Source: the human T2T-CHM13v2.0 reference genome, Homo sapiens. From it: a DNA stretch of 64,000 nucleotides. The translations under genes and the position numbers were made by a program. Below the pieces are notes generated by a model. The model worked only from the letters and a program-made list of their open reading frames with translations, did not search any database and was not told where the DNA came from. The stretch lies in the NCBI RefSeq assembly GCF_009914755.1, contig NC_060936.1. One strand, 5' to 3'. Of the stretch, positions 30,015-48,602 are shown in pieces; the stretch's first letter is position 1, and every line of letters begins with the position of its first letter.

Positions 30015-30323
30015 TTTTCTTTTTTTTTTTTTTTTTTTGAGACGGAGTCTCCCTCTGTAGCCCAGGCTGGAGTGCAGTGGTGTGATCTCGGTCACTGCAA
30101 CCTCCACTTCCTGGGTTCAAGTGATTCTCCTGGCTCAGCCTCCTGAGTAGCTGGGATTACAGGTGCGTGCCACCACGCCTGGCTAATTTATTTTTTGTAT
30201 TTTTAGTAAAGACGGGGTTTCACTGTGTTAGCGAGGATGGTCTCGATCTCCTGACCTCGTGATCCACCCACCTTAGCCTCCCAAAGTGCTGGGATTACAG
30301 GTGTGAGCCACCGTGCCCGGCCT
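30015..30323 (-). mobile_element. AluY/Sc
   Basis: Reverse Alu; TSD ACTTGTTGC. Confidence 0.95.
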
Positions 30324-30472
30324 ACTTGTTGCTTTTTAAAAATTACTAAATGTTATGCTCCCAAACAAAACATTAATGTCTACAAATAAGAAAAAGCAAT
30401 TAGCAAAAGTTATTTTCCTGAATAAAATATTTTAAATTTGTAAAAATTAGAGCCAATCAATAACCAAATGGA

Positions 30473-30794
<322 letters not shown>

Positions 30795-31972
30795 TACAGA
30801 GGGAGGAACATCCCATAATGCTAAAGATGTCAATTAATAAGGAGAACATAATTCTAAATGTGTATATACCTAATAACATTGCTTCAAAATACATGAAGTA
30901 AAAAGCTTCCAGAACTGAAAGGAGGAATAGGTAAATCCAAAATTATAGTTGGAGATTCCAGCACTTCTCTTGCAGGAGTTGATAGAAGTAGCAAAAAATA
31001 AAAAGTATAGAGGTTTTGAAAAATACTATCAACCAACTTGACTCCATTGACAGTCATAGAACACTTCACCCAACAACAGGACACATATTATTCCCTACGC
31101 ATATGGAACAATGATCATATAAACCATAATTTGGGCCATAAAACAAGTATCAATTACCCTAAGAAGTCTAAAATAATACAAAATATGTTCTCTGACCACT
31201 ATGGTATTAAACTATAAATCAATAATTGAGAGATCTTTGGAAAATTCCCAAATATTTTACAAATTAAGCAACATACTTCCATATAACCCTGAGTCAAAAA
31301 AGAAATCACAGGGAAAGTTATGAAATACTTTGAACCGAGCAAAAATAGAAACATATCACAATTTTGAGGATGCTGCCAAATCAGTGCTTAGAGGAAAAAA
31401 CTAGAAAAGGAAGAACAAAAAAACCCAAAATAAGCAGAAGGAAGGAAATAATAAGAATAAGAATAGAGACCAATAGAAAACAAACAAAAATAGAAGAAAA
31501 TCAATGCAACTAAAATCTGATGTTTTGAAAAGATTAATGCAATTGATAAAACTCTAGCCATATTTACCAGGAAGAAAAGAGAGAAGACAAGCTAACAATA
31601 TGAAGAATAAGAGACTACAGACTCTACAGTGGGAATAATATGAGAGAGCAATATGAAAAACCTTTATGCCAATAAAGTTGGTAAATTAGATGAAATGGGC
31701 AAATTCTTTAACATACGTAACCTATCGATGCTCACTAAAGAAAAAAAAAGCTTTGAATATCCGTAAATCTACTAAAGAAATTGGATTCATAATATAAAAA
31801 ACCTTTCCCTCAAAGAAAACTCCAGCCCCAGATAGTTTAATTGGTGAGTTCTGCCAAACATTTAAGAAAAAAAAGATACGGTTCTATAAAAACTCTTTCA
31901 AAAAATTGAATAGTAAAGAACACTTCTCAAATCATTTTATGAGGTTAGCATTATTTTTATTTTATTTTTTAA

Positions 31973-32365
<393 letters not shown>

Positions 32366-34771
32366 TGAATTGATTGGGAGGCTGAAACAAGAGGATTGCT
32401 TGACTGCAGGAGCTGAAGTCCAGCCTGGGCAACTTAGCAAGACTTCATACCTTAAAAAAAAAAAAAAAGTTGGCCGGGTGCGGTGGCTCATGCCTGTAAT
32501 CCCAGCACTTTGGGAGCCTGAGGCGGGTGGATCACTTGAGGTCAGGAGTTCAAGATGAGCCTGGCCAACATGGTGAAACCTTGTCTCTACTAAAAACATA
32601 AAAATTAGCTGGGTGTGGTGGTGTGCACCTGTAATCCCAGCTACTCTGGAAGCTGAGGCAGGAGAATTGCTTGAACCCAGGAGTCCTGGGTTGCAGTGAG
32701 CTGAGATCATATCACTGTACTCCAGCCTGAGTGACAGAGCAAGACTCCGTCTCCAAAAAAAAAAAAAAAACCAAAAACCTTTTTTTTCCCCAAGATGGCA
32801 GATTTGGGGCTGTTAGTGTGCCTCAGTCACTTGGAAATTGCAAGGTAGTGCATAAAGATCAACTCTGTGGGCTTTAATTCAAGAAAGAAAATGGGAATCC
32901 AACAGAATCATGAAGAACACCCTAGGTCTCAGGGAGGAAAACAAAGGCAAACAGCCCCCGTGATGGCATTTGGCTCATAAAAGTGAGTGAAGCCCCAGTA
33001 CATGAGAGAGGCAGACAGGCTCTTTCCATCCAGTGGAAAGGGCACTTTGGGAAAGTGCCCTTTCCACTGGAGATACAAGCAACAGAGGCCAAGGGAGAGC
33101 ACTTTGTTTCTCCCAAGTCCTGGAGGTAACTTGAGAAGATATTTGGAGACACTGAGAAGGAAAGACACTGGGAAAAGCTGTAGGCATTTCCCAGGCCCAG
33201 GATGCCACTTTTAATCCAGGCATACAAAGTTAGTCATTCTTTGGCGACACAGTAGCGTGGCCACACAGGCATTTTAGTCTTGGGCCAGAGATTGGAGTGC
33301 CTGCTCTCGAGGTGCATAGAGGTTTCTACAGCCAGAATTGTAGAAAGCACCTTGCAGTAGGTGCTGGCAATGTGCTCTTCCCTGTCACAGGACTGGGGTG
33401 GGAAAGGGACTGCTACAGCTGTGGTTTCTCCTAGGCAACAAGATGCAACCAGGGTCAGCTTGGTGACCTGTGGACTGGTCTGAGTGAGTTATTGCTTGGT
33501 ATGCTAGACTGTTCTCCTGAGATCATGGTGCAGTGGGGCCCTCTCAGCTCAACACTCAGGGAGATCTCCAGGCATTTGGAGCACCCACTCACCCAGATCA
33601 GCAGCCTGAGCTGCCCTATCCTTCCTGTGCAGACACTCTAGTGAAGTGGGGCTCACTCTGCTCCACACCCAGGCAGATCTTCAGGAATTTGGAGCACCTG
33701 CTTGCCTGCATTTGCAGTCTGAGTTGGCACACCCTTCCTGTATAGAGACCATGGTGAAGAGGCACCCTATCCACCCCATGCCCAGACAGATCTCTAGGCA
33801 GTCGGAGCATCCGTTCACATGAATTAGCAGCCTGCCACCCCACCCTCCCTGTGTAGAGATTGTGGTGCAGCAGTGCCCTCTGCATTCCACACTCAGACAC
33901 CTGGAGCATGCACTCTCCTGGATTAGGAGTTTAGGCCACCCTGGTTCCTTGTGCATAGAACTTGGGGCCAAGGAGGTTTCCCAACTCAACAACTAGCAAC
34001 ACCTCTGGGCACTGGGTGGCAGCCCACTGGATTCTCCCTTGGTGTTGGTGCTGTGCCTGCCATTGAGGGACCTGTAGACAGGCCTGCTCTGGTCCAGCCC
34101 CACTCATCTTACCTCCTGGGACTGAGCAGGGAGCTCAAGCCACTGTGCATTCCATGGATCAGCCCATTGCCTGAGGCAACAGAGAGCTTCTGCCAGTAAA
34201 CAAGGATCAAGAATATACCCAGCCACGCTGGCCACAGCTGGCTCTTACTTATAAGTGCCATCTACTGGCCTGTACATCAAACCACACAACCCAATATAAA
34301 ATCTGCTGATAGTATACAAGGCTATAGAAGCAAAGCCAAAAGACCCAATCTAATATTCTCTACAGTCATTACCCCCTAGGCAGGGGAGAGGGAAAGGGAA
34401 GGTGGAAAAAAAAAAAAAACCGATATTATAGGGAAAGAAATAAAAAGAAAAAAATTCTGTCCCCCCACACACAAATTAGAATTGCCAGCATCTCCAGATG
34501 AGAAAGAACCAAAGCAAGAATTCTGGCACCATGAAAAATCTGAATGTAGTGACACCACCAAAGGATCGCACTAGATGTCTAGTCCTTAACCAAAATTGAA
34601 ACTCAGAAATGACAGATAAAGAATTCAAAGCATGGATTGCTAGGAAACTCAACAAGATCCAAGACAAGGTTGAACATCAACCTAAAGAAACTTCTAAAGC
34701 AATCCACAAAATGAAGGAATAGATAAACATCTTGAAAATAAATCAGTCAGAGCTTCTGGAATTGAAAAACA

Positions 34772-36955
<2,184 letters not shown>

Positions 36956-37430
36956 TTACCACTAAACTAGCCTTACAAGAGATCCTTAAGGGAGTTCTAA
37001 ACATGGAAATAAAAGAACAATACCTGCTACCACAAAAATACAGTTAGGTGAATAGCTGACAGATTCTATAAAGCAACTGCATAATAGAAACTACAAAGCA
37101 ACCAGCTAGTAACTTCATGATAGGATCAAAATCTCACATATCAATATTAACCTTGAATGTAAACAGTCTAAACGGCCCACTTAAAAGGCACAGAGCTGCA
37201 AGTTGGATGAAAAAACAAGACCTGTCTGTCTGCTGTCTTCAAGAGGCCCATCTCACACATAATGATACCAACAGGCTTAACATAAAGGGTTGAAGAAAGA
37301 TCACACAAATGGATCTTTCTTCAAAAAGAGCAAGGGTCACTATTCTTAGATAAAACAGACTTTAATCCAACAAAGTTTTTTTTTTTTTTTTTTTTAAAGG
37401 GACAAAGAATGGCATTACATAATGATAAAG

Positions 37431-37656
37431 GAAGCTTGTCCAACCTGTGACCCATGGGCTGCATGTGGCCCAGGACAGCTTTGAATGCAGCCCAACACAA
37501 ATTCATAAACTGCCTTAAAACATTATGAGGTTTTTTTATGTGTGTTTTTTTTTTTTAGTTCATTAGCTATTGTTAGTGTTAGTGTATTTTATGTTTGAGC
37601 CAAGACAATTCTTCTTCCAGTGTGGCCCAGGGAAGCCAAAAGATTGGATATCCCTC
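37431..37656. mobile_element. MER30 (hAT-Charlie MITE) inserted in the L1 endonuclease region
   Basis: aagcttgtccaacc...gaagccaaaagattggatatccct; GATAAAG repeated on both sides. Confidence 0.85.
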
Positions 37657-38234
37657 TCAGATAAAGGATTCAATTCAACAAGAAGACTTAACTATTCTAA
37701 ATATATATATGCACACAACATTGGAGCACTTAGATTCATAAAACAAGTACTTCTAGACCTACAAAAAGACATAGACAACCACATAATAATATTGGGAGAC
37801 TTTAACACCCCAATGACAGCATTAGACAGATCAACAAGGCAAAATACTAACAAAGAAATTCAGGACTTAAATTCGACACCTGACCAATTGGACCTAATAG
37901 ACATTTACAGAATACTCCAACCACCAACCTCAGAATATACATTCTTCTCATCTGAACACAGTACACACTCCAAGATCAACCACATGCTTGGCCATAAAGC
38001 AAGTCTCTATAAATTCAAAAAAATCGAAATCATGCCAACCATATTCTCACACCTCAGTGGCATAAAAATAGAAATCAAAACAAGAAGATCTTCAAAACCA
38101 CACAATTACATAGAAATTAAACAACTTACTCCTGAATGACTTTTGGGTAAGCAATAAAATTAAGGCAGAAATCAAAATATTCTTTGAAATAAATGAAAAC
38201 ATTCCAAGAGGAATGTTTACAGCACTAAATGCCT

Positions 38235-39197
<963 letters not shown>

Positions 39198-39749
39198 CTA
39201 CCATTCAACCCAGCAATCCCATTACTCGGTATACACCCAAAAGAAAATAAATTGTTCTACCAAAAAGATACATGCACTCATATCCATCACAGTGCCATTC
39301 ACAATAGCAAAAACATGGAATCAACTTGATTCCATGACATGACCACCAACAGTGTTTTGGATAAAGAAAATGTGGTCCATACACACCATGGAATACTAGA
39401 CAGCCATAAAAAATAATGAAATAATGTCCTTTGCAACAACACGGATGCAGCTGGAGGCTATTATCCTAAGCAAATTAATGCAAGAATAGAAAACCAAATA
39501 CCACGTGTTCTCACTTGTAAGTGGGAGCTAAACATTGGGTACTTATGGCCAGAAAGATGGCAACAAAAGACACTGGGGAGTACGGGAAGCAGGAGGGAGA
39601 AAAGGAGGAAAGGGCTGAAAAACTGACTATTGGGCACTGTGCTCAATATCTGGGTGATGGGATCAATCATACCCCCAACCACAACATTCACGCAATATAC
39701 CCATGTAACAAACCTGCACATGTACCCCCTGAGTCTAAAGTAAAAGTTG

Positions 39750-40318
39750 TGGGAGCTAAGCTATGAGGACACAAAGGCATAAGAATGATGCAATGGACTT
39801 TGGGGACTCAGAGGAAAAAGTGGGAAGCGGGGTGAGTGATAAAGGACTACACACTGGGGCCGGGCGCAGTGGTTCACGCCTGTAATTCCAGCCCTTTGGG
39901 AGGCTGAGGTGGGCGGATCACGAGGTCTGGAGATCGAGACCATCCCAGCTAACAGTGAAACCCCGTCTCTACTAAAAATATGAAAAATTAGCCAGGCGTG
40001 GGGGCGGGTACCTGTAGTCCCAGCTACTCAGGAGGCTGAGACAGGAGAATGGCGTGAACCCAGGGAGGCAGAGCTTGCAGTGAGCCAAGTTCGTGCCACC
40101 ACACTCCAGCCTGGGTGACAGAGCGAGACTCCGTCTCAAAAAAAAAAACAAGACTACACATTGGGTACAGTGTACACTGCTCAGGTGATGGGTACACTTA
40201 AATCTCAGAAATCACCACTAAATAACTTATTTATGTAACCAAACACCATCTGTTTCCCAAAAACCTATTGAAATTTTTAAAAATTAAAAAAAATTATGAT
40301 CACAATTACAAATGGAAA
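39750..40318 (+). mobile_element. L1PB1-like 3' fragment containing AluY (39858-40148)
   Basis: gggagctaagctatgagg...aaacctattgaaat; TSD AAAGTAAAAG(T/C)TG. Confidence 0.8.
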
Positions 40319-40517
40319 AAAGTAAAAGCTGAATTTATTTAAAAACAACAACAAAAGAAAATGAATTGAAAGCTACTGACTAGACTAAAAAGTATTTGCA
40401 AACATGTATTTGATAAAGGAGTTGTATCCAGAATAGATAAAGAGCTACTACAACTCAACAAGAAGACAAACAACCCAAGATTCAAATACACACATCACGA
40501 AAGAAGTTATACAAATG

Positions 40518-41337
<820 letters not shown>

Positions 41338-42271
41338 CAGCAGGTTTTTAAAAAATATGCATTAGCATATAGCCCAGCAATCCCACTCCTAAGTATTTAA
41401 ATATTTATTATAAAACATATGTCCACACATAAATCTATACAGAAGTATTGATAAACCTGAAAAAAACCCAAACACAACAGTCCATCAACTGGTGAATGGA
41501 TAAACAAATTGTAGTATGTCCGTGTGATGAAATATACCACTTCACATGACAAAGGAATGAACTACTGACACATGCAATGACATGGAAAATTTCAAAAGCA
41601 TTATACTAATGAAACAAGCCAGATACAAACTCCTACAAACTATATAATTCCACTTATATGAAATTCTAGGAAGGCAAAACAATAGTGATAGAAACCAGAT
41701 CAGTAGATGCCAGAAGCCAGGTCAGCAGGGAGGAGACTGACTGCAAAAGGGCACAAAGGTTTTTGAGTAAAGGAAATGATGATGGTGATGGTCACATGAC
41801 TGGATACATCTGTGAAAATTCATTGTATTGTACACTTAAAATTGCCATTATATGTAAATTACACCTCAATAAAGTTGATTTTTTAAAATGCAATGTTTTG
41901 TAATGCTCGAGACTGTGGAGGGATTGTGGGCAACCAGGGCAAAGGGCTAGCAATTAGGAAGGTACTGGAGGGTGTTAGGAAATAACTCTTCTTCCTTTGT
42001 CAATGGTGAGTCTCCTTTATTTGCATACCCTTTTCCCCTGGGACTGGGATGCTCCCTCTTGTAGACATTAGTCCTTCTTAGCCCCTCTCACACGAGCAGC
42101 TTGGTGGCCGGCTACAACACCTTCACCACAGTTCAAAGGCCATAGTTTGGTGATCGCTAGCCCGGGAGAGATGTTTACAAACTTTAAAACAAACAAACAA
42201 AAAATCACCCAACCCCTTCTCAAGCAAAGCTGTATGCAGACCCTCACTAACCAAAACAAAAGCAATATTTT

Positions 42272-42587
<316 letters not shown>

Positions 42588-43136
42588 TTATAAGTTTAAT
42601 TTCATGATAGCTTTCTATTATAAAGTCATTTAATGTCAACAAGCCTGTTTTCATGAACCCAGAAATTTGATATTCATATGTATATTTTTAAACTACTATT
42701 TTAAAACCAGTTAAAATATACTTAAAGTTTCTGGGTAAAAAATGGTAGATTGAACATGAGCATCCAAATTTGTCCACTGAAAACCCATGTAGCCAAGGGA
42801 TTTTTAAAGGCATAAATCCATAAGGACAGGGAAACAGGAGAAGAGACGAGCAAAATATTTTCAGAAGTGGAAGCCAGATGGATGAGAGATTACTCACTTA
42901 CACTAGAGAAGGACAGATCCTAAGGCAGCGGCAGAACTCTATGGCAAATGGAATTGGTTGTGCCAGACCAGAGATGGGCAATCTCCTCTGTCTGACCACA
43001 CTGAGAAGGAAAACCTAGGAATGCTGACATCAGAAGTTCCCAGCCAGATCACTGTGCAAAGAAGCTCATGACTGGCCGGGTGTGGTGGCTCACACCTGTA
43101 ATCCCAGCACTTTGGGAGGCTGAGGTGGGTGGATCA

Positions 43137-43370
<234 letters not shown>

Positions 43371-44676
43371 TCATGACTGACAAGCCCATCCATGTACCAC
43401 CTGAACAGAGAACAAATGCTTCCAGTCAGCTTTTAGGTGACCCATCCTTAAGTGTGAGCAGACAACCAAGGAGTCTAAGACCTCCAAGAAAAGAATCTAA
43501 TATAGAAGACAGAGACCAAAACAAAAGAAAAAGAAATTTGGAGCAGAGATTATGTAGAGAAAAAAAAATGACAGAACTATCAGTAACAGCTTCTGAGATA
43601 AGATAACCCTGAAACAAAATATGCTATAAAAAGGACAATTCGGAGAATAAAAATAAAGTGAAAGTGATTAAAACCTTTAAAAGATGGAAAAACTCAGAAG
43701 AATGGGAAGATAAAGTTGAGGAAATCTCCCAGAAAATAAAGTAAAAAAGATGCAAAGCTAGAGAGAAAAATAAGAAATTAGAAGGACCAGTTCAACAGGT
43801 CCATTGTCCAAGTAATAGGAGTTCCAAAAAGGAAAGAATAGAGAAAATAGGAAGAAATCACCAATAGGATGATTCAAGATTATTCCCCAAAAGTGAGGGG
43901 CACTGAGTGCCCAGCACAATGGAAGATAATAGCCACTCACCAAGACATATCACTGCAATTTCAGAACATTGGAAACAAGAAGTTCAGAGAGGGGAAAAGT
44001 CACCTAGAAAGGACAAGGAATTAAAAGGCTTCAGACTTCTCATTCTCCACAGCAGTGTCAGAAGCTAGAAGACCATGTAGCAATGCCTTCATAATTCTGA
44101 AGGAATTCATTACCCAGCCAAACAACCAATCCAAGGGTCACAGTTGAAAAATGACAACAGCAAAAACGCAAAGTTCCAAAATAATTTACTGCTCCCTTTC
44201 TCAGGAAGCTTCTGGATGATGGTCTCCTCAAAAAAGCGGGAGTATTATAAATCAAGAAAAACACAGGCACAGGTGGGGATCAGAAGCCGGTTGGTGTGTG
44301 AGGGGGTTTTCTCGCTCTAGGGAGATTATTCAAGCAATCACTGTGTCAACAAATACAGATGTTTCCCTTCATATGATGAAAATCTAGGGATCCAAACTTA
44401 TTTGAAAAGCTAAAGAGGCACCATTCATCCCCACTGGAATGGCAGGTTTTGCAGCAATTGTTGCATATGTATTATACAAACTGAAGAGCAGGGGAAATAC
44501 TAAAATGTTGCATCATCTGATCCACATGTGTGTGGCAGCCCAAGGCTTTGTTGAAGGAGCAATGACTGTTGGTATGGGCTATCATTCCATGTATCGGGAA
44601 TTCTGGGCAAAACCTACACCGTAGAAGAAATGCTATCTTGGTTTTGTTGGAGGAGCTTACTTTAGTTAGACATCTC

Positions 44677-45016
<340 letters not shown>

Positions 45017-45396
45017 TAAAATAAACTATTTGAGTGGGTTCAGCTGATAACACGGCATTGTGAATACTGGCCTTCTTTCTTGCAGGCTTGATTTGCCTGG
45101 TGACTGAATTACTAGTGACTAGTTTACTAACTAGGTCATTCAGGGGAGTCAAATTAACACAAAAGAAACATGTCACCTAAAAGATGGTGTTGAAATGTCC
45201 ACCTTCTTAAACTGTTAGGATAAAATTAGTTCTAAAGAAGATAGCAAACCAACCCTGAAGTACTCCTAGTTTGCTGCAGAATCTTGCATGTTTTGGATGT
45301 TATATGAGTTCTATTTGCCCCAGTTAATTTAACTTTTTTCTGCCTGTCTTGTGGACTGGCTGGCTCTTTTAGAACTCTGTCAAAAAAGTGCATGGA

Positions 45397-45528
45397 GGCT
45401 GGGCGCGGTGGCTCACACCTGTAATCTCAGCACTTTGAGAGGCCAAGGCAGGTGGATCACGAGGTCAGGAGATTGAGACCATCCTGGCTAACACAATGAA
45501 ACCCCATCTCTACTAAAAATACAAAAAA
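45397..45528 (+). mobile_element. Left-monomer-only Alu (Y/Sc diagnostic sequence)
   Basis: TSD AAAAAAGTGCATGGA at 45382-45396 and 45529-45543. Confidence 0.9.
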
Positions 45529-47319
45529 AAAAAAGTGCATGGAATATAACTTGTAAAACCTCCCACAGCTGAAAGTATATATGTGTATGTGTTTAAATCA
45601 AATCTAGGAAGCTTACAATAGAGCTGCATAGTAGTAGCATTTATTAAAGAATCATAACTGTAAACATGAGAATAACTTATGAATTCTAGTTTAGTTCTTT
45701 TGTAATTGTAGATATCTGTATTTGCTGCTGTAATATAAGGATAATTTTTAAATGTCATCTTGAAACAGAAACATGTATTTCAAGCACTCATGGAAGGTAA
45801 CTGAAGAACACTTTTTAAATGGAGAAAATGTTATTTTCTCCGTAAGAATTGTAAACGTTAAACATATTACCTATAATGGAATTAATGATTTATAAGCAAG
45901 CTGGTTTGAACAGACATTATACACATGCTTTTCTATACTACAGAATGCCATTACACTTGTGAAATTCTCTTGTCTAACCTGAATTTACATTCCATGGTGA
46001 TAACATGGTATATGTATTGTTATAAAAATAAGTGACCATGTCAAAAAAATAAAAAAAGAAAAGAAAAGCATAGAATATGGCAAATAAAAATCCCACAGAA
46101 GAGTGAGGCAGCCAGGCAAAGTGACTCACGCCTGTAATCCCAACACTTTGCCAGGTCGAGGCAGGCAGATCACTTGAGCTCAGGAGTTCAAGTCCAGCCT
46201 GGCCAGCATGGTGAAACCCCATCTCTACTAAAAATACAAAAATTCGCCGGGTGTGGTGGCGCATGCCTGGAGTCCCAGATACTTGGGAGGCTGAGGCAGG
46301 AGGATAGCTTGAACCCGGGTGGTAGAGGTTCAGTGAGCCACTGCACTCCAGCCTGGGCAACAAGAGCGAGACTCTGTCTCAAAACAAAACAACAACAACA
46401 AAAGAATGAGGCAAAGAACATGCCCAGGAGAATGAGAAAAGAGATGCCAGGTTGCCAGATGTGCAGCAAGGTGAGGGGATGAACAGTCAGATTGGAGAAG
46501 GTCAGCAGTCTCCAGCAGTGATGTCTTCAAGAAGATGAAATGGAGAGAATTCTCTGCTATATCTAGATATTCTGAGAGGAAATTTAAGCAACTGGGGGAA
46601 GAATTTGAGGTAGAGTTTGTGAGAAATACATAGAAAATAAATGATTTTAAAAAACAAGATTATTAATTCCAGGAAAAATAAAAGTTTGTGCAGGAAAAAA
46701 CAGAAGGTCTCCCTGGGGAGGACAGACCCAAGGAGGAAGCTGGGCAGGGAATTCCAGGGTCCTAGGTATTCAGAATATGGTCTAATCCTGGGCAAGTGTG
46801 CTTTGCATGGGCAAATCCCCTTGGACCCCTTGCCCTGTGGGGAGGGCTGCAGCTGGGGGAAGGCCGGAGATGTGAAGGTAAATGCCAGAAGAAACAGCTA
46901 AAAGAGGTGAAAACGTTGCCTCCAGAGAGGGGAAGACGATGGGGGCAGGGCTCTGCTGTTTGTCTTAACAAATCTGGTACAATTATTCGATTCTATATGT
47001 GTGTACATGTTCTAAGAAATATTTCATTAAAGAAAAGAAAAGCATTTAAAAAATAAAAATGCAATTCATGAAAGTTCACGGAACCTCTGGACCACTTCTG
47101 CTATACTTAGAGATCTCAATAATAGTTTGAAAATCGCCCCAGCTGCGCTGGCATCGCGGCAGCCCCCGGGGGAAGGTGGGAGCGGTGGAGAGGCCGCCGG
47201 TGGTCCGTCCTCCTCCCCCCGCCCGCCCCCTCCATTCCCCTCTCCTGCCGCGGCGGCGGCTGCGGGCCGCGCGCCAGTCTCCTCACCCCACCTCCCCCAA
47301 AAGTTTGAAAACCACAGGA

Positions 47320-47532
<213 letters not shown>

Positions 47533-48599
47533 CGCAGAGCTGGGCCTTCATTTGAGACCATGTGGGTATCATTTTGATTAAACCACAAAGCATTTTCTCT
47601 CTACAGCAGCCCACAAGGGTGAATCCCACTTCCTTTTCCTCCCAGGTGTCACCTCTAACTCTTCGTGTCAGGAGTTTTTCTACCTCTCCGGAGTTCTTTG
47701 GCTCTCAGGAACCTAGCACGGCATCACGCGAGTCCCGGCTCAGGTGAGGGGGGAATAAAGGGAACAGGAAGCGCCTTTTGCGGGGCTTTGCAGGCTGGCG
47801 GTCAGCGCCTTTCTGCACCCGTGTGCCTGGGGCCTGTCACTCTCCAGCCCCAAGGCCTTCAGCGCATTCCCCGCAGAGCTCCAGGTTACAGTTTCCTCAG
47901 CCGCACAGCAAGCATGTACCTCACATTTTTAACTTCTGTCAAAGAGTGGGCCCTGCTCTCATGAGTTCAGCGCTCAGTGGGAGCCAGGTCCCAAAAGTGA
48001 ACTTCAGGGTCACGCGAGAAGCACGTGTACGCCCCACAAGGGCGTGATTTCGGGGATTTGTCTTTTTTTTTTTTTTTTTCCAAGCTGCTGTGTGCTCAGT
48101 CCCTGAGACAGACCCTGCCACCTCACAGGTGCTCAACAAATAGTTCTGGAGTTAACTAACTTAAAAGTACTGTAAAAGAGCTACACAGCAAATTAAATTC
48201 GCTGTGCAGCGCAAAGGCACCCTACACACTGCGTGAACGCTTCGGCTCCTGGAGCGCCGGCGACTGCGAAGCCAGGACGCAGGCAGCGGGGAGAGGCAGA
48301 GGCGCCGGCCCCCGACCGTCAGTCAGAGGCGGGAGCAGGCGTGCCCCGCCCCCCGGGGGGCGGACCCGGGACGCGGCGGCGCGGGGGCGGGGCCTGGTTC
48401 TCCGTGCCGGGGGGGCGGGGCCGGGACCGAACACACCGGGCCGGTTGGGGCCCCGCTCGCCGGCGGGAGCCACCGGAGCCCCGGCCACGAAGGGGTGCGA
48501 CCCCCCGCCGGCCCCGCCCTCCCGGCTGCGGCCTGGCCAATCAGAGCGGCTCTTACTGGCGGGTGGGCTGAGCCGGCCCAGCTGCTCGGAGGCTCTGGC

Positions 48600-48602
48600 A
48601 TG
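48600..48602 (+). CDS. PRPF40B: PRPF40B exon 1 coding part (ATG only)
   Basis: GGC ATG|GTAACA donor; joins in frame to exon 2 to give MSVPDSGPRP. Confidence 0.8.

Noticed and set aside
37570-38139. 189-aa ORF with endonuclease motifs
   Set aside because: A remnant of L1 ORF2 endonuclease whose apparent start lies in an inserted MER30; not a host gene.
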